DNA of 64,000 bases from the human T2T-CHM13v2.0 reference genome, Homo sapiens. Both the position numbers and the translations under genes were made by a program. The stretch lies in assembly GCF_009914755.1 (NCBI RefSeq), contig NC_060937.1. One strand, 5' to 3'. Position 1 is the stretch's first letter; each line of letters begins with the position of its first letter. This document shows positions 1 to 15,149 of the stretch, piece by piece. The notes beneath the pieces are model-generated. The model had not been told where the DNA came from, made no database searches, and saw nothing but the letters and a program-made list of their open reading frames with translations.

Positions 1-1476
1 TAGAAAGTGGCAGTGTTATTAGCAAGGCACACAAAGTACCTATATCATCATCCTGAAAAAAGCCTGACCATACTCTGAATAGTATGTGGACTTCCTCAGT
101 GAAAGTATCTATCTAGCTAAGCCACTGTATCCCCAAAGCCAAGCACAGAGCATTTTGTAAATACATACCCAGGTCAGAGAGTGGCTACCCCATGGGCCCC
201 AGCCACACTTTCAATAGCAGTCATTTTTCCTGCATTTATCAAAAGACATTTTGGAGGCAGAGGATTGTTTGGTGTTGTATTATTTATCTTTATCTATATT
301 ATTATTTACCTTTCTCCTCTTCCTAACACAGGAACATTCCAGATCGGTAGGCCTCTTGCAAGCTGAGTCTATACCAAAAGTGCACACGTTGTGGAAGACT
401 GAGGTTATAAAGGATAAATCTGTCACAGAGACAGAGTACAAGGGCTGGCTAATCTATATTTGCTTGTTGTAACTGAACAGGGAATTTACATTTGCCAGAA
501 TAGCAGAAAAGAAATATTAGCTTGGACATTCATGCCCTTATTCAATTATTTTTTTTTACTATAACCAAAACAGATCTTCATGTTTTTTCAAATACATTTG
601 GTCAGTCAGTCAAAAGAATTTGAAAAGCATATCACAAGTATTTAACTTCCTTCTATCAGAGAGTGATGGGACAGAGACATGAGGGAAGTGAATCATTTCA
701 GCATAAAGCTTTTGTTAAACAGAGCTAAGTTAAACTGAACTAAAATAGAATAAATTGGATGTATGAAGTGTGTATTATGGGAACTTATCCTGAGACCTCT
801 TCTGTTCAGTGTCTTTTCTTGATGTCTTGAACAAAGATCGCTATAATACACTCACTAAATACTCACCATCATCAAGTTACTTGTGTTGAAGGCATGTCAG
901 GTGCTAAGAACACAGAAAGGTTGAAGACAAGTGTTTAGGCTTCACGCTTCAAGAGGGACAGGAACTTTCAGAGTAAATTAAAGTGACAAAAAAGTACTTT
1001 AAGTTATTGAAAACCTTGCTAAAATGAAATTAAAGAGCTGAAACTCTACCCAGAGTTATATGACTGACACAGTCACAGCAGATTATAACAGAAAGTCATA
1101 CATGTAAGAGGTAAATCCTAATTCCACAGGATAATGTCAGAGAAATCAGGTCCTATGAAGCATCCCTCACACTGTTCCCCTTGGCCACCATCTGTCAAGA
1201 AGTGGTACCAGGCCAGCTCTTGTTATTACCATAAGAAGCAGAGAGATATGAGTTGGGAGGATCCAGGTCAGATGGACTCCTACCAACCTCTTCCAATTGA
1301 AATCCGGGCACTTCTACCCTGGCCTCACCCCTCCACACCTTGCTTGGCTGGCCTGCCTTGCACTGGCCTCACCTGTGACCATGCACTCCAGCTACCTCTT
1401 GGACAGACTTTATACCAGCCTGACCAGAAGGTTTTCTTAGCTATGATGTTCACTGCCCAATTTTTCCTTTTGTCCC

Positions 1477-1897
1477 TGCTATAGTCTGTATTATAAATTT
1501 CATGGTTAGAAATTTAATGTTGCCAAGCATTAAGAGGTGAGGCTTTTCAAAGGTGACTAGGCTATGAGGGAGGTTATGCCCTCATGAAGGGATTAATGCT
1601 TTTACCATGGGAGTGGATTAGTTATTGTAGGATTGGGTTAGTTATTGTGAGAGCGGGCTCCTGATAAAAAGATAAGGTCAGTCCCCACTCTCTCTCTGTC
1701 TCACATGCTTACTTGCTTTTCTGCTTTCTACCATGGAATGATGCAACAAGAAGGCCCTCACCAGATGGCTGAGCAGATGCTGGCACCATGCCCTTGGACT
1801 TCCCAATCTCTAGAACCATGAGCCAAATAAATCTCTTTTCTTTATAAATTACCCAGTCTGTGGTACTCTGTTATAGCAGCATAAATGAACTAAGATA
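1477..1897 (+). mobile_element. ERVL-MaLR solo LTR (MST family)
   Basis: TGCTATAGT start, ...CTTTATAAATTACCCAGTCTGTGGTACTCTGTTATAGCAGC...AACTAAGATA end, near-identical 5-bp flanks GTCCC/CTCCC. Confidence 0.85.
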
Positions 1898-2469
1898 CTC
1901 CCCACCTCACATTTGTGATTGTTTTGGATCGTTTTCCCACGAACAAAACTCCTAGATATGATCCTTTTTTTTCTTGAGTGAATTACCCTCTGAGTAAAAA
2001 TCTAGCCTTTGGGACTCCAGATGAATTGTGGAAGAAGGTATGGGAAAAGGTAGAGTAATTATTTTAACCAAGTATTATAGGCGCCAGGCAAGGTGCTAGG
2101 CATTTTTGCATACCTTATTTAATTTTATCTTCAGTACAACAAAGCAAGGGAAGTTAAGATATGGAGAAAGTCAAGTGTCAGCTAGAAGCAGAAGAGTAGG
2201 AACTCACACTCAGGTCAGTTCTATTGCAAAGCTTTTTTTGTCTCACCAGAGCTGTCAATGATAAAACCCTAAATTGGATGGATTATAGGGTCTGGCCAGA
2301 ACACAGGACAAGATGGATCTTTAGCTGGTAAACACCAGTATGGCCATATCACTGTTTTAGGCCAGCATCTGTTCTGCTTGGTCAGTGCCCAAGACCTATC
2401 ATTTGTTAAATATTTAGGCATCATTGTTGCCCATATCAAAATGAAATGTTTGCCAAATACCAAATGTTT

Positions 2470-5400
2470 GACTTTTACTCTGGCAAGGAGAGAGTAACAG
2501 TGACTGGATATGGTCTCCCACCTGAAACAACTAAAAAGCCAGATAAAGTATATGAAACATGGTTTTCAGATACTGGGCATGAGGTAATGCAAGACAATGA
2601 TTCATGAAAGAAGTAAAACAAAGTGAGCCATATGATTGCCCCAGCTTATTGCCAGGAGAGTTTCCGGGCTACAGCACAGGGAAGAGGAACTCTGGTAAAG
2701 TCTGACAGTCTCTCTGAGTAAAGAAATAGTTGGTAGTTTAGGATGGCAGCTTAGAGTTCATAGGGTAAAGTACCAGAGAGAAGAGAATAGCACACATGTG
2801 TGCACACAAACACATCTCTCCCTGGAGATATAAAGCAAGTCTTGAGTTGAGAACTAATCAGTGTATGTGTGTGATAAAACTACACTAAGCTAAAGAAAGA
2901 AACACCCAAAAGGTTTAGAAGGAATAATCCATAAAGATTACAAAAGACTATTCTCATCAGTTAGAGTAGAAAAGCCTCATAATTCATGATGTTATTGGGT
3001 AGAATACTCAGAATGGTATCACCTTTGTAGTAGGACAAAACTAGCCCTAGACAAAAAGCTGCTGTGATCTCTCATAACAAAACTTAAAAGCAAGCCTCAA
3101 AAGGTTCAACTGCTTCCCAGTAACTTAAATGGGTCCTAAAATAAACTTCACGGATATGAGAATACAAAAATACCCAGCACCTAGCAAGGTAAAATTCACA
3201 ATGTCTGGTAACCAATTAAAAATTACCAGGTATGACAGGATAATTCCAAAACCTCTGAATATATTATTTTACATGTCAAAGGAATTAAGGATACAGATGA
3301 CATTAAGATTGCTAATCAGCTAACTTTATGACAGATTATTCTGGATTATTGATGGAGGCACAATATAATCACAAGAGTCCTAAAAAGGGGAAGAGGGAGG
3401 CAGAAGAGAAGGTTGGAGTAATTTGATGTATGAAGAATTCAACCCTCCATTACCAGTTTTGAAGATGGAAGACAGCAATGAGCCAAAAAACATAGGCAAC
3501 ATCTAGAGGATGGAAAAGGCAAAAAAACAGATTCTCCTCTGGAACCTCCAGAAAGAAATGCAGCCCCGATGACATATTGATTTTAGCCCAGTGAGATTTG
3601 CATGAGATTTCCAACCACAGTACTACAAGATAATAAATTTGTGTTGTTTTTAAGCCACTAAGTTTGTGGCTACCTGTTATAGCAATAGTAAAAAATGAAT
3701 AAAAAGAGAAATTACATACCAGGCATACAAAGAAGCAGGAAAATGTGACCAATAATAATGAGAAAAATAAAACAGTAGAACAAAAAAATAAATAACACAT
3801 AGATGACAGAATTCGTAGACAAAAATATTAAATATTCATAACTGTGTTCCATGTGTTCAAGAAGGCAGAAGGGAGATTTAACATATTAAATAGAGAGATG
3901 GAAGATTAAAAACAGACTCAGAATGTACTTGTAGGGATGAGAAGTACAATGTATGAGATAAAAAATATACTGTATGAAATTAACAGCAGATTTGATGATT
4001 TATTTAAAAAGTTAGTAAACTCAAAGAAAAGCAATAGAAACTATTCAAATGAAACGTGGAGAAAAAAGACAACAACAAAATGAACAGAACATAAAAGGGC
4101 TGTGGGACAACTGCAAGGAGTCTAAGATATTTGTAATTAAATTACTTGAAGAGGGTGGGGCAAGAACAAATATTTGAACAAATAATGGCTGAAGATTATC
4201 CAAATTTGATAGAAACTATAAGCTCACAGATCTAAGAAACTCGAGAATAGAAGGCACAAGAAACATGATAAAAGTATATGAGGGAACATCATAATGAAGT
4301 TACTTAAAATCAATGATAAAGACAAACTCTTAAGAGCATCCAGGAAAAAAAGACATATTACATACAGAGGAACTAAGATAAAAATAAGAGTATATTTCTT
4401 GTTGGAAACAATGTAAGCCAGAAGACACTAGAATAGCACCTTTAAAGAACTGAAATTAAAAAAAAATCTTTTCTTTAACTTTTTCTTTACCCAGTAAAAA
4501 TACCTTTCAAAATGAAAGTGACAGAAAAACTTTTTCTGACATAATAAGCTGAAACAATCCATCACCAGCAGATCTATACTATAAGAAATATTAAAAAGGA
4601 ATTCCTCTAGGCAGAGAAAAATGATGAGCTGTAAATCTTGATCTACACAATGGAATAAAGAATATCGGAAATGGCAAATATATGGTTGAATAGAAAAAAA
4701 AATTTTTTACTTATTTTTGAACTCTTTAAAAAATAATTGCCTGAAAAGAGCAAAAATACTCACAATGTATTCTGGGTTTATGATATATATAGAAGTAAAA
4801 TATAAGACAGCAAACATAATACAAAAGTATATAGTTCTTACAATATATATGAAGAGATAAGCCAACAAAGGAGATAAAATTGAAATCATAAAGATACTAA
4901 GTCCAAAAGGTGGCAGACAAATAGAAAATTGGAATAAAAAACAGAATAAATAAAATCAATTATTAAGATTGATTTTAACCCAATCACACTGATAATCATA
5001 TTAAATATAAACAGTCTAAATAAATATCCAAAGGCAGAGATCAATCCAATATATCAGATTGGATATAAAAACTATATGCTACTTATAAGAAACTCACTTT
5101 TAATACGAAGTCATAAATAAGTTAAAAATAAAAGGACTGAAAAAAATACACCATGCTAACATTAATGAAAAGAAAGCTGGAAAGGGGGCATGCTAATATT
5201 AGGAAAAGTGAATTTCAGATAAAAAATATAATTATGGATAAATGAGTCATTTCATAATGATAAAGAGGTCAATTTAACAAGAAAATATAACAATCCCAAA
5301 TATTTATTCACTGAATAACAGAACTTCAACATATATGAAATAAAAACTAATAAAGTGGAAAGCTGAAGTAGATGAATCCACAATTAACAGTCAGAAATTT

Positions 5401-7240
5401 CAACAACCCTCTCTTAATAATTGCTAGAACAAGTACATAGAAAATCAGTAAGGATATAAAAATCTAAATAATATCAACCAATTTGACCTAACTGACATCT
5501 ATGGAGTACTTCACCCAACAAAACCAGAAAACACATTCTTCTCAAGATTACATGGGTATATTTATCAAGATTGGCCATATTCTGGGCATAAACCAAACCT
5601 TAATAAAATTACAAAAACACAAATCATATAAAGTGTATTCTGAGACCACAATAGTATTAAATTATAAAATAGTGATGAAAAATATCTAGAGAGTCACCAA
5701 ATAATTAGAAAATAAATAACACATTTCTGAATAGCCTATAGGTCAAACAAGAAACCAAAAGGGAAATTTAGAAGTACTGTGAATTAAAATAAAATTTCAT
5801 GATATGCAGCTAAAACAGTACTTTAAAAATGTTTAAGGCACTAAATGCTTATATTAGAAAAGAAGAAAGGTCTTACATCAATGACCATGGCTTCTATCTT
5901 ATAAAAAAAAAAAAACCTTAAAAAAAAAAGAGCAAATTGAGCCTGAAATAAGCAGAAAAAAAAATTAAGAACAGGAATTAGTGACATAGAAAAACTATAG
6001 AGAAAATCAATGAAACCAAATGCTAGTTCTTTGTGAAGATCAATGAAATTGATAAGCCTCCAGCCAGCCTTAGGCAGGAAAGCAGAGAAGATACAAACTG
6101 CTAATATTAGACATAAGGAATGTAACATAACTACAGTTCCCATACATAAATATCAAGGCATATTACAAAAATTGTATGTCAATAAATTTAACAACTTGGA
6201 ATAGATTTCTTGAAAAACACAAATTACCAAAGCTCATTGAAAGAAAAACAAATAATCTATATAGCTCTGTATCTATTAAAGAAGTAGACTTTGTAGTTAC
6301 AATTATTCCCACAAGGAAACTTCATGCCTAGATGACTTTGCTAGAGAATCCTACTCTAGTAGAGGTTAAATCTTAAGGAAAAAATAATACTAATTCTACA
6401 CAAACTCTTCCAGAAAATTAAAGGGTATACCTTCCAATTTGCTTTATGATTCCAGCATTACTTTTGTTACTTAAATCAGATAAAAACATTAGAAGAAAGA
6501 AAAACTATAGACAATATTCAGCATGAACTTTGATGCAAATTCTAAACAAAATTTTAGCAAATTGAATATAGTATAATGAATAATACATCATGACTGAGTA
6601 GTTTATCCCAGAGATACAAGGTTGGTTTAACATTAAAAAGTAATTCATGTAATTTACCAAAGTAGTAGACTAAAAAAGAGAAACACACACACACGATCAT
6701 CTCAATAGATGCAGAAAAAGCGTCTGATGAAAATCTGACATCCATTCTCTCAGTAAACTAAAAATCAAAGGAAATTTCCTCAGTAAAGGTTATGTACTTT
6801 AAAACTACACATATGATCATACTTAAAATGGTATTTCTTCATAAGGTCAGAAACAAGGCAAGGATATCCACTCTATTTCTATTCAGCCATCAGGATATAT
6901 GACAACATGCGTGACTTTCAGAATAACTATATTGAGTGAAAGAAACCAGAAACTGAGTACATTCTATAGGTTTCATTTACATAAAATTCTGGAAAATGCA
7001 AAATAATTTGTAGAGACAGAAGATCAGTGGTTGTCTCAGGATGGGGATGAGTAAGAAAGGGGGTCTGAGTAGGTAGGAGGAAGAGATAACAAAGGGAACA
7101 GGAAATGTTTTGGTGTGGCTGATATGTCCATTATTTTGATTGTGATGATTTCACAAGTATATACATATGTCAAAACTTATGAAATTGTAGAATTTAAATA
7201 TGTACAATTTATTGTATGTCAATTCATTAAAGCTATAAAA
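2470..7240 (+). mobile_element. Old L1M LINE-1: 5' region, decayed ORF1/ORF2, internal deletion, 3' end
   Basis: A-rich ORF1/ORF2 remnants (endonuclease region about 5000-5700; CATCTCAATAGATGCAGAAAAAGC near 6700; RQGCPL-like motif near 6850), then an L1M 3' end. Confidence 0.85.
3231..3701 (+). mobile_element. MLT1-type MaLR LTR nested in the L1
   Basis: Typical MLT1 3' end (AATAAATTTGTGTTGTTTTTAAGCCACTAAGTTTGTGG...GTTATAGCAATAG). L1 sequence resumes on both sides. Confidence 0.8.
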
Positions 7241-8394
7241 TATAACAGATACTTTAGGTCATAGGTAAAAACGAAAACACTGCCACAGTGAACCAAGCTA
7301 TATCCAGCCAAGGTCTTGGTTTCAACTAGGGAATGCATGATAGGAGGGCATGGTTGTCCTCCCTGGCATCAACTTAAAAGCATCAGATATGCATATATAA
7401 AGCTTTTTAGTTTCCTAACAAGAGATACTTAATAGATCTCAAATTAAACAAACGCAGCCAGTTATATGCCAATTCTATAGTTTTAGAAGTCAGCAAGCAG
7501 CATATTGGGGATTATGGATGAACTGAACAAAATCTAGCATAAAACATGGTACCAGACCTCAAAGGGTTTTGAAGACTGTCGATGATTTGGTAGAGTGATG
7601 CTAATTCTCACTCTCAACACAATCCAAGCGAGGAAATTTCTCCAAAATAAGATAAAAACTTGCAGGGTTTTAGGTGTCATTGTATATCTGAATTTACTCC
7701 ACAGAAATTCTTCTCCCAACTTGTTAAATTTCAAGACTTCTCCTTGGAGCCATGAGCAGAATAAGAAAAACACAGATGGCTCAACTTCACGGTAATAATG
7801 ATTCAAGGCAAGCAAACCTTCAGCTGTTTATATTTCAGATTAAAATAGAATTGAGGAGAGAAACATCATTCGGGGTGCTAAAATGAATATTAAGATAAAG
7901 CTAGTGTAAGTATTATTAATATTGCACTATTATTATTTTGGGTTTGCAATCCATAGGAAATCCATGTATGCTTCTGTTTGCTTCCCTTACAACTGGTATT
8001 TTAAATAAATTCTGCATGCTCAATAAATAGGGTCTATTTACTCAAAGGCGACAGACCCCATGGTACTCTCCACAAAGACTTCCCTCATGGCCTCCTGCTG
8101 CTGTTGTTTATAGGGCTGCAATTACAGAAAGGATTCTCAGCAGAACGAGCAATGACACCATTACCATCAACAGGAATTCTCCTGGCACTGTGGAGATTCT
8201 TTATTGAAAGAAATACAAAGCCAGTATGTTGCTAGTAGAATGCATGAATTTGTTGGGCAATGGCTTTCTCCTTCTGGACACCACCCTGCAGGTTAATGAC
8301 TCTCAATTCTGAGCATCCTTCTTCTCTCCTTCCAGCAGGTGTTTTCACACCTTTCTAAGTTAAGTGTCCCAGAATGTAAAGGCTGCCACTACAG

Positions 8395-8648
8395 GGAGGC
8401 AGCAGGACACAATGCATGAGACTGATCGGCAGTGAAGCCGGACTGCCTGTGTTCACATCCCGGCTGCACCACTCACTAACAGTGTGACTTCAAACAGATT
8501 ACTTAGCTTCTCTGTGCCCTGGTGTGCTTATTCCTAAAAATGAAGTAATAACAGCACTGATTTCACTGGGTGAGGATTAGATAAGGACTGAGATGCTTAG
8601 AAAAATGCCTGGCACATACACAATAAATGCAAGCAATTATTATTATTA
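8395..8648 (+). mobile_element. MIR SINE
   Basis: Core GACTGCCTGTGTTCACATCCCGGCT...TGTGACTT...TTCTCTGTGCC and a TATTATT tail. Confidence 0.75.
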
Positions 8649-8814
8649 ACACAGCTTTGTTGACACAATAACATTTGTAGAGAATGAATGACAGCAGCTA
8701 CTCTAAGCTGCCTCCTTATGGCAAGCACAGTAGGAACAAGAAATAGAAATACTTCCTCTAACAATGCAGCAAAATCTTCTGGGAGAGAGAACCATACAAG
8801 ACCAGCCTATTAAA

Positions 8815-9060
8815 TAACAATAATTATATTAATACCACCCATTACTGAGTACCTTCTACACACTGCAGTGTGTAAAATGCATCTATATATTATCTTATTC
8901 ATTCCCATAACCCCATGAATTAGATGATATAACTTCCATTTTCCAGATAACAAAACTGGGACTCAGAGAAATTAAATAATTTCCCTCAGTTCACGTGGCT
9001 GAGACAAACATTTCTGAATAGAACTACTTGGCTCTTAGCCAGGTTTTTCCGCTATGCCAT
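8815..9060 (-). mobile_element. MIR SINE (inverted relative to its neighbour)
   Basis: CCATTTTCCAGATAACAAAACTGGGACTCAGAGAAATTAAATAATTT matches the reverse MIR core. Confidence 0.7.
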
Positions 9061-9160
9061 GCACCTTTTCAACCCAAAAGGTAGTGGTGTGTTCTGAGCA
9101 AAGGCATTCAGGAGAAAACAAACCTGTCAGGAGGCAGAGTTTCCAACAGCACACTGTCTT

Positions 9161-9241
9161 TGAAACTATTAAAAGAATAGTCTTAAGTGCTGCTGGGTGA
9201 AACAATTAAAAGGATAGTCTTAAGTACTGCTGGGTGAAACT
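9161..9241. repeat. 37-bp tandem duplication (about 2.2 copies)
   Basis: TGAAACTATTAAAAGAATAGTCTTAAGTGCTGCTGGG / TGAAACAATTAAAAGGATAGTCTTAAGTACTGCTGGG, 3 mismatches. Confidence 0.9.
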
Positions 9242-10302
9242 TGTCACACCTGAACACAGAGATAGCAATCCTCATTGCTGGGTCATCTCTCAGTGGCAGG
9301 ATAATATACTTGAAAGGATGATCAGTTGTTTCCTGGTTTTTTCCTTGGCCCCTACTAGGTACCCTGATTCAAACAAGGCTGTTCATTGGTTAGTTTCTCA
9401 GAGAAGGATATTGTGTAGAAAGCTCAGGGAAAAAAAAGTGTGTGGTATGTTGGCATCATGGCACTACTGGAACTGGAAGGACTGTGGCACTGGGATCTAG
9501 TGGTGGGTGCCCCGCTTTCTGGATGGCAGGGAAAGGTTCTCTGATGCTTAAATGAGTCCTTTTTTCTGTACATTTGGGATATTTCATAATTAAAAATTAA
9601 AAAGTAATTATCTATAAGCAGGAGAAAATTTTATCTTATAATATCAATAAATAACTCTTAGAATACTCTCAAGATTAATTTTGAGAGGAAACTTATAATC
9701 ATTAACTTTTATATTGAGCAACAATTCTATAAAAACACAACAGCCTAAATCAATTCAAACCTTAAAGTAAAAATGTTTGCAACATATATGACCTATTTTG
9801 TAAAGGGGCAGAATCCACAACAAAGAACCCTAGTAAATCAACAAGAAAAAAAAATGTTTCAACAGATAATAAGTAAAAAACAAAATGGAAATTTAAAAGA
9901 GAAGAAATAGATATGGTAAATTAAGATTTGGAAAAGTTCAAATAAAAACAAGATATTTTTCACACATTAGCAAACATTTAAAGAAACAATAATAGTAGTT
10001 TTGGTGAGAATTTGAGGGCTGGGCTAACAATATGTGTAGCTAGCATTCAAAAGGTATTTATTTACATGAGAAAATTTTGCCATTTTTTCTTCACTGGTAA
10101 GAAAAAATGATAAACAACCATATATTTGGAATGATATCAACTTTTTAGGATTAAACACATTCGTTTATACATTTGTAGAAAAAGAAATTGGAAGGAAATA
10201 CATCAAGACACATGTAGTGGTTATTTCTGCATCTTCAAATGACAATTTTTGCTTATTTATACCTTTGTGTATTCAAATTTTTATAATAAAATTACATTAT
10301 TA

Positions 10303-10695
<393 letters not shown>

Positions 10696-11459
10696 TCATG
10701 TTACACATCCCTCTGTGTCCTTACAGGGATGTGCTGAGGATGTATGAAATTTCTTTGTAATAATGTCGTTGTTTTCCCAAGAGCATTATTTAAGGAGAAT
10801 GGACAGGTCTATGGGAAAATTTAACTTTGTATAGAATGATTTTTAGGTCTAAAAAGTCTAGTTCAGCCTGGGAACACTCTTCTATGATAAAGGAATGAAA
10901 ACAACACAAATCACAATATCATATTAAGGTGATTTTCCTAAGGAAATAATGTGTTTGACAGCTGCTCCCCATTCAGTGTATCTGTAAGTGAAGAGAGTCA
11001 ATTGAAACTAATGTTCACCAAAGACCACTTTTAGCCACCCATTGTTGACTTGGATGTAAAATGGTAAGCATTGTGTTTGAACGATTAAAAAATCAGAAAT
11101 AAAATTACTTTTTGATATTAGAATCTAAATGGTCCAAGAATATGATTGTCTTGGGGATTCTTTTTGAGAAATTAATTTTGACACTTCACTCACTTTATAA
11201 ATAGAAATTTCTCCTTGGTTGTTTTCTTAACATGTTTAGAATTGATGCTAACACACTTTAGTTTATTCATTGCAGCCAACTTTTGACAACAAGCTTTCAA
11301 ATTCTGGAGTTTAAATATCAAAACTTGACGTGGTAACATTATAGAAAAAAGCTAGTGGAACACCTTTAAAAAAATGGAATGTTGAAAAACAACTCCAATG
11401 AATTTAGAAATGGCAGAGGAAAATTATATGAGAAGATTTAGAGTCCTCTAAAGCAAATG

Positions 11460-11940
11460 ATTTATTGAAATATTTTTTCCCCCAGCAAGTATTAATAAGT
11501 ACCTTCCATATGCCAGGCATTGTTTTAGGAACTGGAGACGCAACTTTGAACAGGACAGACTTGCTTCTTACTTTCTGGAAGCTTACCTCCCAGTGAGGAT
11601 TGATAGACATAATCAAAAGGTAAAGAAAGAAGTTACTTTCAGATTGTGCTAAGTGCCATTTACAGGGATGTAGGAGAGTTACCTGGGGTGAGAGAGGAGG
11701 GAGGAAGCCGTTTGATTGGTTAAGATGGTCTGTCTGGAAAAGAACTTTTGAGTTCAGTTCCTAAAAACAAGGAGCTGGCCTGTGGTGGGAAGATATGGAG
11801 GAGGAGATTATAGGCAGAGGGAAGAGAGGGAGCAAAGGCCTGAAGGCAAGAGCAAACCTAGCATGTTTCAGAAGTAAAAGGAGGCCAGTGTGGACAGAGC
11901 CTGGTGGGTAAGGGGTACAGTGACAGATATGAGATTCAAC
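11460..11940 (-). mobile_element. L2 3' fragment
   Basis: CAAGTATT...ATGCCAGGCATTGTTTTAGG...GGCAGAGGGAAGAG...GCAAAGGCCTGAAGG pattern. Confidence 0.7.
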
Positions 11941-12104
11941 AGGGGATTCCCAAGGGCCTCCTCATCCCCACTACTCAACTGGATAACTACTGTCTTTTAT
12001 GCCTATTGACTTTCTGCTTGAACAGTCATTTAAAAGTGTTGAAAGGTGAAAAAGAAAGGTTTAAAAATCTCTGTAGTTTTAATTTTATTCTGATTGCTAG
12101 AGGA

Positions 12105-12275
12105 GATATATAAACATACACATGCACACACACATATATATAAACATATATACACATATATGCATAAACATATAAATATGTAAATGCACACATATATACA
12201 TATGTAAATACATATATATACATATATAAACATTTATAGATACATATGCGAAAACATAGACAGACATATACATAA
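12105..12275. repeat. (TA)/(CA)-rich low-complexity tract
   Basis: Alternating TATA/CACA runs. Confidence 0.85.
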
Positions 12276-15149
12276 CTGGTGTTTTCGAACATTTGACAAG
12301 GATTCATACTAGAGAATCAGTGGCATAGAAATTGCAGTATAGGAGGTAAAATTGGATATTAATGTTTGGAAGTACTTCAGACTGCTCAGGAAAAGTTAAC
12401 CATAGGTGGGTGGAAGCTTTTCCCCAGCTGGAGAAGCTCAGTATGTCAATGAAACCGGAGGTTACTAATAAAAACACATGAATGACATGAACAGGTCTAT
12501 TCTGAAAATAGCAGAGTTGGAAAATGCTAACGTTAGAGACAGAGTCAGTAACAACAATGAAGCCTGCCAGATTGGTGTCACTTAAGAGACATGATCTAAA
12601 TAGAAAGAAACTCAACCCATTGCATGAGGATGCTTAAGTTATTTTGTTTGAAGAGAAATTTATCTTGCTCAGTGGAATAAGCCAGAAGACTAAACAGGAA
12701 AAGACCATTAGGGAAAGATACCCAACAAGCAAATCAGAACAATATGAAAAAAGTAATATCTTAAAGCCACCTATATTAATAAATTTGGTTTGCCTGTTCA
12801 GAGTTCTAAAAATGACTTGTGAGGGGAGAGTACAGTGTTTCTTTGTACTCCATTACTCTTTGGGGTAAAACCTGTTTGACAACTCAGTTCAACATGACTG
12901 ACAGTATTAATCATGCACCTATATGTGGCTAGCACTGCACTAGGAAGTGTCTCTGCTCATAAACAGTGAAACCTACTAAAGAGAAAAGGCATGATGTTAA
13001 CACCACCTGGGATGTGGAGTGTATCCATTTCACAAAATCCTATCAGCAGAGCAAATAATGGGAACAAATTGACTACAGGCCAGGGTCAAATCCTAAGGTA
13101 AAAGCAGTAACTGCCCTCGGGTGGGTAGGAGAGAGCATCTCTGAAATTGGCCAGAGCTACCAGGGAAGGCTATTAGAATGAAGTGGGACTTGAGGCTGCC
13201 CTTGGAGGAGCTGGTAAAATTTTGATAGGTGGAGAGGCAGAGGAAGGTGTCTCTGAATCATTAACAGCTGAACAAGAGCTGTTCAATCTTATCCAACTGT
13301 GAGTCTGGAAACACTGCCTAATTATTAACTAGCAGGTGAAAAGAACAGAAAAAAAACCACTGGTGCCACTGCCAGGCTTCCATCTGGCTGTGGTATCATC
13401 AGGAGGCCCTTAAAGTTATAGTTCTTGGGCAATAAGAAGGCAGCATCTTTTACTAAATTAACAAAATTAACTTACTAAATAACAAAAGTAATTTTAATTA
13501 CACCCAGATTTAGCAGGGAAACTAAATAGCAAACATTCAAGTAAGTGTCTCTGTTGATAAGCATATAACTAGAAACACTCTTTTGGAAGTAATTTTGTGA
13601 TGTCTCAACAGTAACTAAACGACCATGTCATCTGTTGACCTGGCAATTGACCTTAAAGAAATAGTCCAAATGGGAAATAAGAAGTCAAAGATACTAACTG
13701 CAGAGTTATTGATACTATTGAAAAACTGGAAACAGCTCAAAGACTACCAACAGAGTAGTCAAAGTAATGGAAGCAGATGTGTGATATCATTCACCCATGG
13801 AGTTAGTAAAAGTTAAAATTATTTTAAATAGCCCCTGTTGGTGTGAGTGTAAAATGGGTTTAAATTTTATACAGGGCAATTTTGGAAATATCAAAATTTA
13901 AAATATGCATTCCTCTGAATCAGCTCCAGAAACGCTGAGAAGGGATCAACAGTTAAAATACTTAATCCACGTAGAGGGCTTTACTGACTCCAAAACATCT
14001 CCTTATTTCCTTTTTTAAAAATGACATTATCCACAATACATATGATCTTTGAAAGAAAAGGAAGAAAGAAAGATAGATATTATTGATAGTCCCATTTTCT
14101 AATGAGGAAACTGAAGGTCAAAGAGGTAAAGGAATTTAACTTTCTCTAGCCCTAAGTTCATATGCCTGAAAAATCATGATGCAACTGGTTGGAATTTCAC
14201 AAGGCTAAATACAGTCATCTTGTTTAAGTGAAAATATCTCTTGATTTAGATATAGAACCCCATTTCATGGAGCCAAGACAGTAGGGTCTACGGAAACAAT
14301 GGCTGTCCTATTCTTCCCTGGAGATGATAACACTGCTTCTACTACACTTGACAGAGGGGGAGAAGGGGAGAACAAAAAAAATTTTTTGGTCTTCTGACCT
14401 AGCCTGTATGAAAGAACAAATAACTTATGTGCAAATATAAGATACAGTGTGAGTGCTGAAAACGAGGTAAGGATTATGAGAGGTCTATTATCTACATGTG
14501 TTGTATATACTTGGAGAACACGTTTGAATGGGGGAGGTGCGGCATTATTTCACAGCAGGAGAAATAATCATTCTCATCATTTCTAAAAGCCAAGCAGCCT
14601 TCAGTCAGTTTCACAATAATCAATTAATTAGCTAAAGTAAATATTTAGAATGAGTTACGGCACAAAGATATGAAATCATGGCATATAAATGAGCTTTAGA
14701 CATGTAAACTGACTCTTTAGGAGGAGAAATTACTCAAGAGGGAGAAGTGGTATTGCACCAGATGGCTGTGTCTAATAACTTCAATGGACACATATGATAC
14801 TTGTTTAATTATTTATCAAGGAGAATGCCTGCAAAAATTTAGTAAGTTTATAAAATTTTTGGCAAGTACAGGACTGTGTCAGCCAATAATGCATTTTGAG
14901 TTTAAAATGCTCCCTCTTGGTGGCTTATGATAATACTTAATCCTAGACCAAGGATTCACCATTTTTCTGTCTCAGTTTCACCATCTGTATTAAGAACTGA
15001 AAAACCTTTACCCAAATCAGGGAGTTTGGGACTCTTTAGGACTTTACTTTTTATATTATCCCCTGAATCAAATACTTCTTCCTACTTAAACCATTTCCAA
15101 AAGTGTACTGTCATATCCTAATTGTCTTAATTCTGTCTCATTGCCATTT

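Noticed and set aside
10704-10734. 9-bp inverted repeat CACATCCCT...AGGGATGTG
   Set aside because: Short enough to be expected by chance in 64 kb.
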